UHGV virus genome: UHGV-0121717
Length of the DNA: 20,903 nt
Strand: one strand, 5' to 3'
From: a virus
In this document: piece after piece, positions 1 to 8,663 of the stretch
Position numbering within the stretch: position 1 is the first letter of the stretch
Layout of the letters: each line of letters begins with the position of its first letter
Translations under genes and position numbers: made by a program
Notes under the pieces: model-generated
Seen by the model: only the letters and a program-made list of their open reading frames with translations
What the model was told of the DNA's origin: nothing
The model's database searches: none

Positions 1-10
1 CAACCCTTAA

Positions 11-175
11 GTTAGCGCTTATGGGGTTATGCCCCATGTCACTGAAAAGATGCTGGGGCATGAACTTAGTGGTGTGATGGCGGTGTATAACAAACACGAC
101 TGGCTGGTGGAGCAGAAAGACGCTTATGAGCTTTATGCCGATAAAGTGTTCTGGCACGTCAAACAGCTCGGTTAA
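11..175 (+). CDS. Tyrosine integrase, extreme C-terminal fragment (P4/CP4-57-like); gene body lies upstream of the window or is a remnant
   Basis: Frame-2 translation VSAYGVMPHVTEKMLGHELSGVMAVYNKHDWLVEQKDAYELYADKVFWHVKQLG* fits the C-terminal pattern I recall for P4-type integrases (LGH...VYNxxDYxxER...WADxL). An in-frame TAA at 8-10 suggests a frameshift or decay. Below the ORF-track size cutoff. Confidence 0.4.
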   Translation, partial: VSAYGVMPHVTEKMLGHELSGVMAVYNKHDWLVEQKDAYELYADKVFWHVKQLG

Positions 176-344
176 CGCCTCCTTCGGCTATCCATTTCAT
201 AACGGCTTTTCTGCTATACCGCGTCGGGTACGTTAAAACTGGCTGAGGGAATCCGTGGTCTTTGCGTAAGCGCCATACTGCTGTTTTTTTCTTTTTGAGC
301 AGGTCGAAAACTTCCTGTTCTTCCATAAAATCAGTAGTAGTCAT
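159..344 (-). CDS. AlpA-family phage regulator / excisionase-like small HTH protein
   Basis: 61 aa starting MTTTDFMEEQ; GAGGA Shine-Dalgarno 5 nt upstream of the ATG at 344. The motif WRLRKDHGFPQPV...RKAVMKWI resembles AlpA/Xis-type winged-helix proteins. The track ORF 159-401 extends to an upstream Met with no ribosome-binding site. Confidence 0.5.
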   Translation of the reverse strand: MTTTDFMEEQEVFDLLKKKKTAVWRLRKDHGFPQPVLTYPTRYSRKAVMKWIAEGGVNRAV

Positions 345-397
345 GATTTTCCTCGTTGTTAAAGTCTTTATTGTCCGCAACTCTATTCTATGGTGAT

Positions 398-637
398 TCA
401 CGCCGCCCGCATCGAGCGCAGCTTCTTAATGTGCTCGCTCTGTTCCAGTTCAGCCCGGATCTGTCGGGCCTCATCATGGTCGAGCGGTTCAAAGTCGTTG
501 TTAAACCTGTACATGCTGGCCGTATTTATCCGTCCCTGGCGCCAGTAGCACACCGTTCTGGCGTCACAGCTGTGAATAATGACTGGCCATCCGTGACCGT
601 CTGGGAAAATCTGGCCTCGCTGAATGAGTTGAAACAC
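398..637 (-). CDS. Hypothetical phage protein
   Basis: 79-codon ORF with a GTG start 3 nt after the TraR stop and AGAGG 6 nt upstream; same strand and tight spacing as the neighbouring operon genes. No recognisable motif. Confidence 0.4.
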   Translation of the reverse strand: MFQLIQRGQIFPDGHGWPVIIHSCDARTVCYWRQGRINTASMYRFNNDFEPLDHDEARQIRAELEQSEHIKKLRSMRAA

Positions 638-640
638 GGC

Positions 641-859
641 TCACCTCTGATGCTTCCCGCGCTTTTCCGCTTCGTCCTGGCAGTCAGCGCAGCGCTGACA
701 ACCTGCCACCAGTTCCCGGCGCCGTGCCGGAATTGCCTCTCCACAATCAATGCAGTGCGTAGCCGATACCGCGTTATGGTTGATGCGATGGGCCTGTATC
801 GCCTTATCGCGGAGAAGCTCTTCTAATTCGCTGGCCTGATCGATAATTTCTGCGCTCAT
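641..859 (-). CDS. TraR/DksA-family C4 zinc-finger protein
   Basis: 72 aa with CIDC-x17-CQRC (two CxxC pairs) in the C-terminal half after an acidic helix; typical prophage TraR. Start overlaps the upstream gene stop (ATGA). Confidence 0.8.
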   Translation of the reverse strand: MSAEIIDQASELEELLRDKAIQAHRINHNAVSATHCIDCGEAIPARRRELVAGCQRCADCQDEAEKRGKHQR

Positions 860-1383
860 GCTGCCTCCATGGTTCCGATCCGCTTTAACTCACTCAGCGA
901 AACGGACGTGATGATGCGTCTTGGCGTGATGAATGGCCGCCAGATGAACAAAATTGAGTCCTTTGGGTTGCTCTGCCGTTTACCTGTAGCCGACGCCGGC
1001 ACAAACTGAATGCGTCCGCCGGTTATCAGGCGAATCTCATCAGCGCTCTGCATCGCGGAGAGAAACCATCCGGTAGAGATATCTGCGGGAAGCAGAATGA
1101 CTACCGTCTGGGACTGCGCTTTACATTGCTCGGTGGCTTTCTCCACCCACGGCCCGATATCGGAATAGGGTGGGTTGCACCAGATCGCGCCGTACGACGA
1201 CCATTCACGACTCAGCGAGTTATCCAGCTCAGTGAGATAGTGAGCGCATAGCGCATTACGTTCAGAGGCAGCAGCATCCAGCCAGAAGCCAAACTCAAGA
1301 TCGAGCGCGTTAAATATTTCAATCGGCGTTTGCCAGTAGTCTCTTTCATTTGTCGGTGTGTTCGATCCGCCGTAGTCAGTCAC
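856..1383 (-). CDS. Phage DNA N6-adenine methyltransferase (phage Dam family)
   Basis: 175 aa containing the WCNPPYS catalytic motif IV and the DYWQTP...LDAAA N-terminal pattern typical of phage Dam methyltransferases. GTG start overlapping the upstream stop. Confidence 0.8.
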   Translation of the reverse strand: MTDYGGSNTPTNERDYWQTPIEIFNALDLEFGFWLDAAASERNALCAHYLTELDNSLSREWSSYGAIWCNPPYSDIGPWVEKATEQCKAQSQTVVILLPADISTGWFLSAMQSADEIRLITGGRIQFVPASATGKRQSNPKDSILFIWRPFITPRRIITSVSLSELKRIGTMEAA

Positions 1384-1814
1384 AATGCCGTCTCCATTTC
1401 GTCGATATAAAGGCCAGCAGCAATCAGCCGGCGGCGCCGGGCTGCTTTCTCAATACATTCCCGGCGATTACCCTCTGCCGCCAGAGCCATAGAACGCCGA
1501 GTGAACAGGCGTGTTTTACCCTGAGGGGTAATAACCTTTGGCTTTGTGATCAGGTCAAAGGTGCGGTCACAGATGCCGTCCTCGTTGAGCCAGGTTTCCG
1601 ATGTAACCAGCTGTGCAATGCGCCCTTCGCCTCTGGTCAGGCCGTTCGCGACACGGTTAAATTCGATGAGCGTTACGCCGAATTTCTCTGCGATTTCGCT
1701 GCCAGTTACCGGGCGACCGCGCGTCTGAATCATCCAGATAACGCGCTCGCGGAGTCCGGAGAATTTCCCGGCCTTACCTGGTCTGCGGTAAAATGGTGTG
1801 CGTTTCATTTCCAC
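1380..1814 (-). CDS. Hypothetical phage protein with predicted winged-helix DNA-binding segment
   Basis: 144 aa; the segment VTGSEIAEKFGVTLIEFNRVANGL looks like an HTH. Translationally coupled to the Dam gene. Function not assignable from sequence. Confidence 0.45.
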   Translation of the reverse strand: MEMKRTPFYRRPGKAGKFSGLRERVIWMIQTRGRPVTGSEIAEKFGVTLIEFNRVANGLTRGEGRIAQLVTSETWLNEDGICDRTFDLITKPKVITPQGKTRLFTRRSMALAAEGNRRECIEKAARRRRLIAAGLYIDEMETAL

Positions 1815-1834
1815 TGCTCCCAGAGTATTTCGGC

Positions 1835-2317
1835 CTATTTGATCATCAGAGACGGCTTGCCGAGCTTTATTTGCGCCCCGGGCACGTCAATACCAGCTTC
1901 GATTTGATGCTTGATAGCCAGTTTGTCTGGTTTGATATTCGTCTCGTACTCGATGAATTCAGGCGGTAATGCGCTGGCGTCAGTAATCTCGACAGATTTA
2001 GAAGGTGCGCGAACCGTTACCTGATGAACTCCGGCTTTAAGTGATTTTTTACCGATGGTTTCCAATGATTTAGCGACATACTCCTTCATGCTTGCCACGC
2101 GGCTTTCGGCGGCTTTTGCACGCTCAGTAAGGCGCTTACTTTCTTCTTTCAGAGCCTCGGCATAAGCAGATTCGTTTTTGCAGACCGCAAGAATCTGCTC
2201 AACCTTTGCTTCCAGCTCCCACTCAATTCCATCAAGAGTGTCGGCTATCATTTCAGGCTCCATGCCGGAGTCAGTCAGCTTGGCGAAATCGTTGGCGATC
2301 TGATAAAGGGCTGTCAT
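1835..2317 (-). CDS. Siphovirus Gp157-like protein
   Basis: 160 aa starting [14 protein letters not shown], with a coiled-coil middle. Resembles the Gp157 family, which as I recall has been linked to phage resistance. GAAGAGG Shine-Dalgarno upstream. Confidence 0.5.
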   Translation of the reverse strand: MTALYQIANDFAKLTDSGMEPEMIADTLDGIEWELEAKVEQILAVCKNESAYAEALKEESKRLTERAKAAESRVASMKEYVAKSLETIGKKSLKAGVHQVTVRAPSKSVEITDASALPPEFIEYETNIKPDKLAIKHQIEAGIDVPGAQIKLGKPSLMIK

Positions 2318-2401
2318 TGGGTAACCTCTTCAAATTTGGCTTTACGCGTTGGCGAATAATCATTTCTGCCGGAAGAATGCCGGGATTGTATGCAAGTCCT
2401 C

Positions 2402-2692
2402 TCATGATTTACTCTCCACGAACTGGTCAACAGCCGTGCTAAGTGATACACCTAAAGTCTCGATATGCTGCTGAATATCCTGTAGTGTCTGCGCCTGAGA
2501 TAACAGGATTTCACGGTTGCATAACTCTTTAACCAGATGCTCAAACTTGCTGTAATAACCGATACGGCTTAGTGTTTCTTTCCCTGCATTCTCACCTTCT
2601 TTGATAATTCCTCTTTCGCTAAGAATCAGATCGTGTTTGGTTCCGGTAATAACGTATTTTCCGAGGTCGATGTTTAGCTTCATTGTTTTCAT
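2402..2692 (-). CDS. Hypothetical small phage protein
   Basis: Start chosen at [11 protein letters not shown] (GAGG 7-8 nt upstream) rather than the track's 2842, which would overlap the upstream gene by about 140 nt. No recognisable motif. Confidence 0.4.
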   Translation of the reverse strand: MKTMKLNIDLGKYVITGTKHDLILSERGIIKEGENAGKETLSRIGYYSKFEHLVKELCNREILLSQAQTLQDIQQHIETLGVSLSTAVDQFVESKS

Positions 2693-2702
2693 GGTAAATT
2701 CC

Positions 2703-2996
2703 TCAGTCATTACTGATAGCGCCATAGCGTGAGCGGTAATTACGCAGGCGCGGGTCAATTTCAGGGAAGTGGGTATATGTGGCTTTGCGGAATGGTCGGA
2801 TTGATGTCTGGTAAATTCGCTCGCGTTCTTCTTTCTCTGCAAGCCATATACAGTGGCGAAATTCCTTTTCCTCTTTCGTTTCCTGCGGTAGCGACATTAT
2901 CCGGTCGTAGTTTTTTCTGAATTTATCCAGCACCTCCGATATGGAATTGCCGGAACAACGGCGCGGGTCATCCGCACCATACAGAGGCGCTGGCAT
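2703..2996 (-). CDS. Hypothetical phage protein
   Basis: 97-aa ORF with an AAGGA ribosome-binding site; basic and charged. Lies directly downstream of the ssb-like fragment. Confidence 0.4.
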   Translation of the reverse strand: MPAPLYGADDPRRCSGNSISEVLDKFRKNYDRIMSLPQETKEEKEFRHCIWLAEKEERERIYQTSIRPFRKATYTHFPEIDPRLRNYRSRYGAISND

Positions 2997-3019
2997 GATT
3001 AAATCCTTATTTTTCTGAA

Positions 3020-3376
3020 TCAGAATGGGATGGAATCGTCGTATACAGGAGTGTTCTGCTGGTTACTACTTTGCTGCTGCGGGCCATTTCCTGAAGCTGC
3101 AAATCCAATCTTTGCATTCAGTAATTCAAGAGTGATTGATTGACCATTTTGCCCCTGATAAACATCAACCCTGATGTTTTCTCCGGTAATTTCCACAATG
3201 CCACCTTCAACAAGAACGCTACGGTAGTAATCCGCTTGCGCTCCCGGCTTGACAAATACAACGGCGCTGTAGTTTGTCCATTCTTTCTTTTTTGTCTGGC
3301 GATCGTAATACTGAACGCCAGCACGGATGTTGAATCCGATATCTCCGCTCTGGTTATCTGCATCATCGTCTGCCTG
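3020..3376 (-). pseudogene. ssb-like single-stranded DNA-binding protein, 3' portion only (5'-truncated)
   Basis: Stop-to-stop frame gives ...GNGPQQQSSNQQNTPVYDDSIPF*, the Gln/Gly-rich linker and acidic IPF tail characteristic of bacterial-type SSB. No ATG in the frame; it is cut near 3340-3376 where Rz homology begins on the other strand. Confidence 0.45.
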
Positions 3377-3757
3377 TCATGGGCGGTTAATCATTACCGT
3401 GATAACGCCATTACCTATAAAGAACAGCGCGATAAGGCCGCATTCATTATCGCTGACATGCAGAAACGTCAACGCAATGTAGCAGAACTCGACGCCAGAT
3501 ATACAAAGGAGCTTGCTGATGCTAACGCGACTATCGAAAGTCTCCGTGCTGATGTTTCTGCTGGGCGTAAGCGCCTGCAAGTCGCCGCCACCTGTGCAAA
3601 GTCAACGACCGGAGCCAGCGGCATGGGCGATGGAGAAAGCCCAGGACTTACAGCAGATGCTGAACTCAATTATTACCGTCTCCGAAGTGGAATCGACAAG
3701 ATAACCGCGCAGGTCAACTACCTGCAGGAGTACATCAGGACGCAGTGCTTAAAATAA
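3140..3757 (+). CDS. Rz: Rz i-spanin homologue; true Rz homology covers 3341-3757, with the native start and first ~7 codons missing
   Basis: [32 protein letters not shown] matches lambda Rz residues 8-39 almost exactly, and the rest aligns to lambda Rz. The only ATG-initiated ORF (3140) begins 67 codons upstream in sequence antisense to the ssb-like fragment. Confidence 0.75.
   Translation: MTILPLININPDVFSGNFHNATFNKNATVVIRLRSRLDKYNGAVVCPFFLFCLAIVILNASTDVESDISALVICIIVCLSWAVNHYRDNAITYKEQRDKAAFIIADMQKRQRNVAELDARYTKELADANATIESLRADVSAGRKRLQVAATCAKSTTGASGMGDGESPGLTADAELNYYRLRSGIDKITAQVNYLQEYIRTQCLK
3513..3704 (+). CDS. Rz1: Rz1 o-spanin lipoprotein, embedded in the +1 frame of Rz
   Basis: 63-aa ORF wholly inside Rz in another frame; signal peptide ending in the lipobox VSAC followed by a proline-rich stretch ([14 protein letters not shown]), as in lambda Rz1. 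Confidence 0.7.
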   Translation: MLMLTRLSKVSVLMFLLGVSACKSPPPVQSQRPEPAAWAMEKAQDLQQMLNSIITVSEVESTR

Positions 3758-3794
3758 TTTTAATTTCACTGAAATTTAATACGTGACTTTCAGG

Positions 3795-3823
3795 AAAATG
3801 CCTCGCAGATGCGGGGCATTTTT
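3795..3823 (+). terminator. Intrinsic terminator downstream of Rz
   Basis: AAAATGCCTCGC-AGAT-GCGGGGCATTTTT: about 12-bp GC-rich stem (one G-U pair), 4-nt loop, T-tract. Confidence 0.5.
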
Positions 3824-4173
3824 GTACAGGTATTTCACCGCGCACCGCAGCGCACTCAACCACGTCGAACCAAACCCTTTGGAATGAGCCTTTGAGTAGT
3901 CAGTTAGTGCTGGTGAGCCTTGACGGGCTGATCTCCTATGCAGCAAAGGTTCATCTCAAAGTAAGACGAACGCTATGACAAACCAAGATTCTATAGACCT
4001 ATCTGATCTTCGTGGAATGGTCATTTTTCCAGACAAAAGGTAATCACCATAGTCGTATGGCTATGAATCTTGTTGCTGCAGATAAGCATTTTGTGATTGA
4101 AGTGGTCAAATCTCTCAAATGCAGTAAAATGCAGTGCGCTATAATTCAATAACGGAGGGAGTAAGGAGAAGTC

Positions 4174-4794
4174 ATGAAAGATCAAGATGTTAGGTTCGCG
4201 GTGCATCATACGCTTTTGAAAGAATCGCATTTAGATCCAGACTGCCTTGTGGTCGATGAATTTTCCATATCCCTTGGCGCCAGTAGAGCAGACATTGCTG
4301 TAATAAATGGTGTTATACACGGGTACGAACTCAAAAGTGAATATGACTCTTTGGAGCGTTTGCCTCTTCAAATCAAGCATTATTCTTCTGTAATGGACAA
4401 GGTTACTCTTGTCGTAGCTGAGAAACATCTTGAGGGAGCATTAAAGTTAATCCCAGGTTGGTGGGGCGTTAAAACGGTTTCTGTTGGGCCAAAAGGCGCC
4501 ATTCTTATAAAGCACATGCGTGGAGAAAAGCTTAATCGAAACCATGACACATTGATGCTCGCTCAATTGCTTTGGAAAGATGAATGTATCGACGTACTTG
4601 AACGATGGGGCTATTCCAAAGGAATCAAAAGCAAGCCCCGATTTGAGTTATGGAATATTATTGCGGAAAATATTCCAATAGCGAATCTCAGGCTTGAAGT
4701 CAGAACAGCCTTAAAGAAACGCGTAGGCTGGAAAGTTAAGGCTTGGCAGGCTGAGTCTGCGCCAACCAATAAAGCTGTCTCACGACTAACGTAA
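4174..4794 (+). CDS. PD-(D/E)xK nuclease-like protein, uncharacterised; first gene of the moron cassette
   Basis: 206 aa; AGGAG Shine-Dalgarno 5 nt upstream. Motif E29 ... D40 (RADIAVI) ... E52-L-K54 (GYELKS) has the spacing of a PD-(D/E)xK active site. AT-rich relative to the flanking phage genes. Confidence 0.65.
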   Translation: MKDQDVRFAVHHTLLKESHLDPDCLVVDEFSISLGASRADIAVINGVIHGYELKSEYDSLERLPLQIKHYSSVMDKVTLVVAEKHLEGALKLIPGWWGVKTVSVGPKGAILIKHMRGEKLNRNHDTLMLAQLLWKDECIDVLERWGYSKGIKSKPRFELWNIIAENIPIANLRLEVRTALKKRVGWKVKAWQAESAPTNKAVSRLT

Positions 4795-5803
4795 TATGGT
4801 GCGTATGTGCAACTTTACGCCATTCTTTAGAGCCGCCAGATTTGTTAGCGCCTAATGATCTTTGGTAAATGTAATCATCCCCCCAACTAAATTTGGAACC
4901 AAAGACTTGATACTCTGGCGAACTAACAAGGGTAGTACATAAGTTTTTAGTTTGGCCCCATCCATTTCCTTTAACTGCGGTACCTTTTACAAAGATCCAT
5001 GAGGTATCGTTCGAATATCTCACTGAGACATACTGAGACATGAAGCGTGGGTCTACGCTCGTAATGGTAGAGCTAGCGGTGGGATAATCACTAAAACTTG
5101 GCGTTCTTCCATTGCTAAAATTCTGTACTACGTACATCCAAAGATCGTATTCATGGCGCGGAATATGATGAACTTGATGTTGCGGTATCCCTGCCTGTGA
5201 TGCTGGGTATGCGGTTGAAGATAAAATCAAGTTTCTCCACGGAGCTTGGCCTGATAATGTGTTGACCATGCTTAATGCTTGTTGTTTTAAACTATCAGTT
5301 GCGTTTTGAATATCTCCAAAATCAATGATTACATCAATTAAACTAGGATGAATATTTAAGTGGTTAACCAGACTTGTGAATTGGTGCCATGTCTGGGGGG
5401 TGATAGATATAGCGAGCCCATTGATTAAGTTGCGTTGAACAGCATGTATATAGTTTGTTGAATATGCGGGAGAAACAACAGGGATAATTTCCTTACCATT
5501 TACTCTAGCATCTTGGATACACATATCTAGAGGATGATGGCGGCTCGAACCATGTTTATCTAAATATTTAACATCCAGCAAAACAGGACGATTGGTTTTC
5601 CAGGATGCCGCAAGGTTAATACCGAAGTCAGATAAGTAAGAACTCAAACTCTTCTTGTAGCATTCGTTTTCATAATCCCAGTCTATGTCTGGAATGGTAA
5701 TGATCGGAGTAAAACCAGAGAGCGTAGTTTGATCTAAAAGCATCAGAGATTCATATTCAGCAGGCTTCCATTTCAGCTGTGGATAATATTGATGTTGACT
5801 CAT
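4736..5803 (-). CDS. Uncharacterised 355-aa protein, convergent partner of the PD-(D/E)xK-like gene
   Basis: AAGGAG Shine-Dalgarno 4 nt upstream of the ATG at 5803; 3' end overlaps the partner by 59 nt. Contains His clusters (HQVHHIPRH, HTHH) but no P-loop or other motif I can assign. AT-rich. Confidence 0.65.
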   Translation of the reverse strand: MSQHQYYPQLKWKPAEYESLMLLDQTTLSGFTPIITIPDIDWDYENECYKKSLSSYLSDFGINLAASWKTNRPVLLDVKYLDKHGSSRHHPLDMCIQDARVNGKEIIPVVSPAYSTNYIHAVQRNLINGLAISITPQTWHQFTSLVNHLNIHPSLIDVIIDFGDIQNATDSLKQQALSMVNTLSGQAPWRNLILSSTAYPASQAGIPQHQVHHIPRHEYDLWMYVVQNFSNGRTPSFSDYPTASSTITSVDPRFMSQYVSVRYSNDTSWIFVKGTAVKGNGWGQTKNLCTTLVSSPEYQVFGSKFSWGDDYIYQRSLGANKSGGSKEWRKVAHTHHITLVVRQLYWLAQTQPAKP

Positions 5804-6011
5804 TAAAACTCCTTAAAATCTTTACTTATCCTAAGTATAGTGTTATGGCGTAACGCCAATTGTTTTTATACACTTGAAAACATTAGGAAAAGTTGAGCTA
5901 TATCTAAATTTACAAAATTGGATGTTATAGAAATCGAGGTTTCAACTAGGCATGGAACTGCAAAATTTTTAATGCCTGCACGCGAAAGTCGTTGGCGGGT
6001 CCTTTCCGGTG

Positions 6012-6190
6012 ATCCAGACCGTTACGGGGCGGCGACCTCGCGGTTTTTCACTATTTATGAAAATTTTTCAGGGAAAATCATGTCGGTACTTATCGAATAT
6101 AACTTTTTGTTTTTTTTAATATTGCATCCGTAAAGGTCCGACATGAAAGTGTCCGAAAATGCCTTTTTCTGGCGTTTTCATGTCGGGCCT
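6012..6190 (+). other. cos DNA-packaging site (cosQ-side sequence, cosN, cosB with three R-like repeats)
   Basis: GGTGATCCAGACCGTTACG then GGGCGGCGACCTCGCGGTTTTTCACTATTTATGAAAATTTT (6027-6067) is near-identical to the lambda right-end/left-end junction as I recall it. Downstream copies of TCATGTCGG at 6078-6086 (+), 6138-6146 (inverted) and 6178-6186 (+), with an AT-rich spacer, mirror the lambda R3-I1-R2-R1 layout. Confidence 0.8.
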
Positions 6191-6214
6191 TGTATTTGAT
6201 AATGGGTTGTTTTC

Positions 6215-6763
6215 ATGAAGGTTAATAAAAAGAGGCTTGCCGAAATTTTCAACGTGGACCCGCGGACGATTGAACGCTGGCAGTCTCAGGGACTCCCTTG
6301 CGCCTCCAAAGGTAGTAAGGGCATTGAATCTGTATTTGATACTGCCATGGCAATTCAGTGGTATGCGCAGAGGGAAACTGATATCGAAAACGAAAAGCTC
6401 CGCAAAGAACTGGACGATTTGCGTGCTGCAGCGGAGTCAGATTTACAACCCGGCACCATTGACTATGAACGCTACCGGCTCACAAAAGCGCAGGCAGATG
6501 CGCAGGAACTGAAAAATGCCCGTGAAGACGGAGTAGTGCTGGAAACTGAACTGTTTACCTTCATTCTGCAACGTGTGGCACAGGAGATTTCGGGGATACT
6601 TGTGCGTGTGCCGTTGACATTACAGCGTAAATATCCGGACATTTCACCATCACACCTTGATGTGGTGAAAACTGAAATCGCGAAAGCCTCCAATGTTTCA
6701 GCTAAGGCCGGTGAAAACGTGGGCGGGTGGATCGATGATTTCAGACGCGCAGAAGGCAGCTAA
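6215..6763 (+). CDS. nu1: Terminase small subunit
   Basis: 182 aa; [12 protein letters not shown]...[10 protein letters not shown]...[27 protein letters not shown] aligns closely with lambda Nu1. Immediately downstream of cosB. Confidence 0.9.
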   Translation: MKVNKKRLAEIFNVDPRTIERWQSQGLPCASKGSKGIESVFDTAMAIQWYAQRETDIENEKLRKELDDLRAAAESDLQPGTIDYERYRLTKAQADAQELKNAREDGVVLETELFTFILQRVAQEISGILVRVPLTLQRKYPDISPSHLDVVKTEIAKASNVSAKAGENVGGWIDDFRRAEGS

Positions 6764-8663
6764 TGCAGCCGGTGCGATAGCAACAGGGCTTTTATCTCTC
6801 ATTATTCCTGTTCCACTGACGACAGTTCAGTGGGCCAATAAACATTATTACCTTCCTAAAGAGTCGTCTTATACCCCGGGGCGGTGGGAAACACTGCCGT
6901 TTCAGGTTGGCATCATGAACTGTATGGGCAACGATTTGATTCGCACTGTTAACCTGATTAAATCTGCCCGTGTTGGTTATACAAAGATGTTGCTGGGAGT
7001 GGAGGCTTATTTTATTGAGCATAAATCACGCAACAGCCTTCTTTTTCAGCCCACGGACTCAGCTGCTGAAGATTTTATGAAATCTCATGTTGAGCCAACG
7101 ATAAGGGAGGTTCCTGCGTTGCTGGAGCTGGCTCCATGGTTCGGAAGAAAACACCGCGATAATACGCTCACCCTGAAGCGTTTTTCCTCCGGTGTGGGTT
7201 TCTGGTGTCTGGGGGGAGCGGCAGCAAAAAACTACCGTGAAAAATCCGTGGATGTGGTCTGTTATGACGAGCTTTCCTCGTTCGAACCGGATGTTGAAAA
7301 AGAGGGTTCGCCAACCCTGCTGGGGGATAAACGTATTGAGGGCTCTGTATGGCCCAAATCCATTCGCGGCTCGACTCCTAAAATCAAAGGCTCCTGCCAG
7401 ATCGAAAAAGCCGCTAACGAGTCGGCACACTTCATGCGTTTTTATGTGCCCTGTCCGCACTGTGGGGAGGAGCAGTATCTGAAATTTGGCGATGAATCCA
7501 CGCCTTTTGGCCTAAAATGGGAGAAGGACAGCCCCGAAAGCGTTTTCTACCTCTGTGAACATCATGGCTGCGTGTTCCATCAGTCTGAGCTTGACCAGAG
7601 CAACGGGCGGTGGATCTGTGAAAACACGGGGATGTGGACCCGTGACGGTCTGACGTTTTTCAGCGCCGCGGATAATGAAATTCCGCCGCCGCGCTCCATC
7701 ACGTTCCATATCTGGACGGCGTACAGTCCGTTCACCACCTGGGTACAGATAGTCTATGACTGGCTGGATGCACTGAAAGATCCCAACGGCCTGAAAACCT
7801 TTGTGAACACCACGCTGGGCGAGACCTGGGAAGAGGCCGTGGGCGAAAAACTCGATCACCAGGTACTGATGGATAAGGTCGTGCATTACACGGCGGCGGT
7901 GCCAGCCCGGGTGGTTTATCTGACGGCGGGCATTGACTCGCAGCGAAACCGTTTTGAGATGTATGTCTGGGGATGGGCACCGGGAGAGGAAGCTTTTCTG
8001 GTGGATAAAATCATCATTATGGGCCGTCCCGATGAGGAAGAGACGCTGTTACGTGTGGATGCGGCGATCAACAAAAAATACTGCCATGCAGACGGAACCG
8101 AAATGACCATTTCCCGTGTCTGCTGGGACACCGGGGGGATCGATGGTGAAATTGTCTATCAGAGGTCAAAAAAACACGGTGTTTTCCGGGTGCTGCCGGT
8201 AAAAGGCGCATCTGTCTATGGCAAGCCGGTGATCACCATGCCGAAAACCCGCAATCAGCGGGGCGTGTATCTGTGTGAAGTGGGGACGGACACCGCAAAA
8301 GAAATTCTCTATGCCCGTATGAAAGCCGATCCCACTCCTGCGGATGAAGCCACGTCGTATGCCATCCGTTTTCCTGATGATCCGGAGATTTTTTCGCAGA
8401 CAGAGGCGCAGCAACTGGTCGCGGAAGAGCTTGTGGAGAAGTGGGAAAAAGGAAAGATGCGTCTGCTGTGGGATAACAAAAAGCGGCGTAACGAAGCGCT
8501 GGACTGCCTGGTGTATGCCTACGCGGCATTACGTGTGTCCGTGCAACGCTGGCAGCTTGATCTGGCTGTACTGGCAAAATCCCGGGAAGAAGAGACGACC
8601 CGGCCAACCCTTAAAGAACTGGCAGCGAAGCTGTCCGGAGGAGTGAATGGTTACAGTCGCTGA
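6735..8663 (+). CDS. A: Terminase large subunit
   Basis: Start taken at MISDAQKA (6735), overlapping the nu1 3' end as in lambda. Long near-colinear identity to lambda gpA ([49 protein letters not shown]). Confidence 0.9.
   Translation: MISDAQKAANAAGAIATGLLSLIIPVPLTTVQWANKHYYLPKESSYTPGRWETLPFQVGIMNCMGNDLIRTVNLIKSARVGYTKMLLGVEAYFIEHKSRNSLLFQPTDSAAEDFMKSHVEPTIREVPALLELAPWFGRKHRDNTLTLKRFSSGVGFWCLGGAAAKNYREKSVDVVCYDELSSFEPDVEKEGSPTLLGDKRIEGSVWPKSIRGSTPKIKGSCQIEKAANESAHFMRFYVPCPHCGEEQYLKFGDESTPFGLKWEKDSPESVFYLCEHHGCVFHQSELDQSNGRWICENTGMWTRDGLTFFSAADNEIPPPRSITFHIWTAYSPFTTWVQIVYDWLDALKDPNGLKTFVNTTLGETWEEAVGEKLDHQVLMDKVVHYTAAVPARVVYLTAGIDSQRNRFEMYVWGWAPGEEAFLVDKIIIMGRPDEEETLLRVDAAINKKYCHADGTEMTISRVCWDTGGIDGEIVYQRSKKHGVFRVLPVKGASVYGKPVITMPKTRNQRGVYLCEVGTDTAKEILYARMKADPTPADEATSYAIRFPDDPEIFSQTEAQQLVAEELVEKWEKGKMRLLWDNKKRRNEALDCLVYAYAALRVSVQRWQLDLAVLAKSREEETTRPTLKELAAKLSGGVNGYSR

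Noticed and set aside
356-826. 156-aa plus-strand ORF
   Set aside because: Overlaps and is antisense to three tightly coupled minus-strand genes, including the zinc-finger TraR; no ribosome-binding site.
4021-4230. 69-aa minus-strand ORF overlapping the start of the PD-(D/E)xK-like gene
   Set aside because: Lies in the AT-rich promoter/leader region of the cassette; low complexity, no ribosome-binding site; more likely non-coding regulatory DNA.
5918-6133. 71-aa plus-strand ORF
   Set aside because: Spans cosQ, cosN and the R-site repeats, a region that is a cis-acting packaging site in lambda.
7059-8607. Several 80-130-aa ORFs on both strands within the terminase large-subunit gene
   Set aside because: All are internal or antisense to gene A, whose frame is supported by long homology; they have no independent support.
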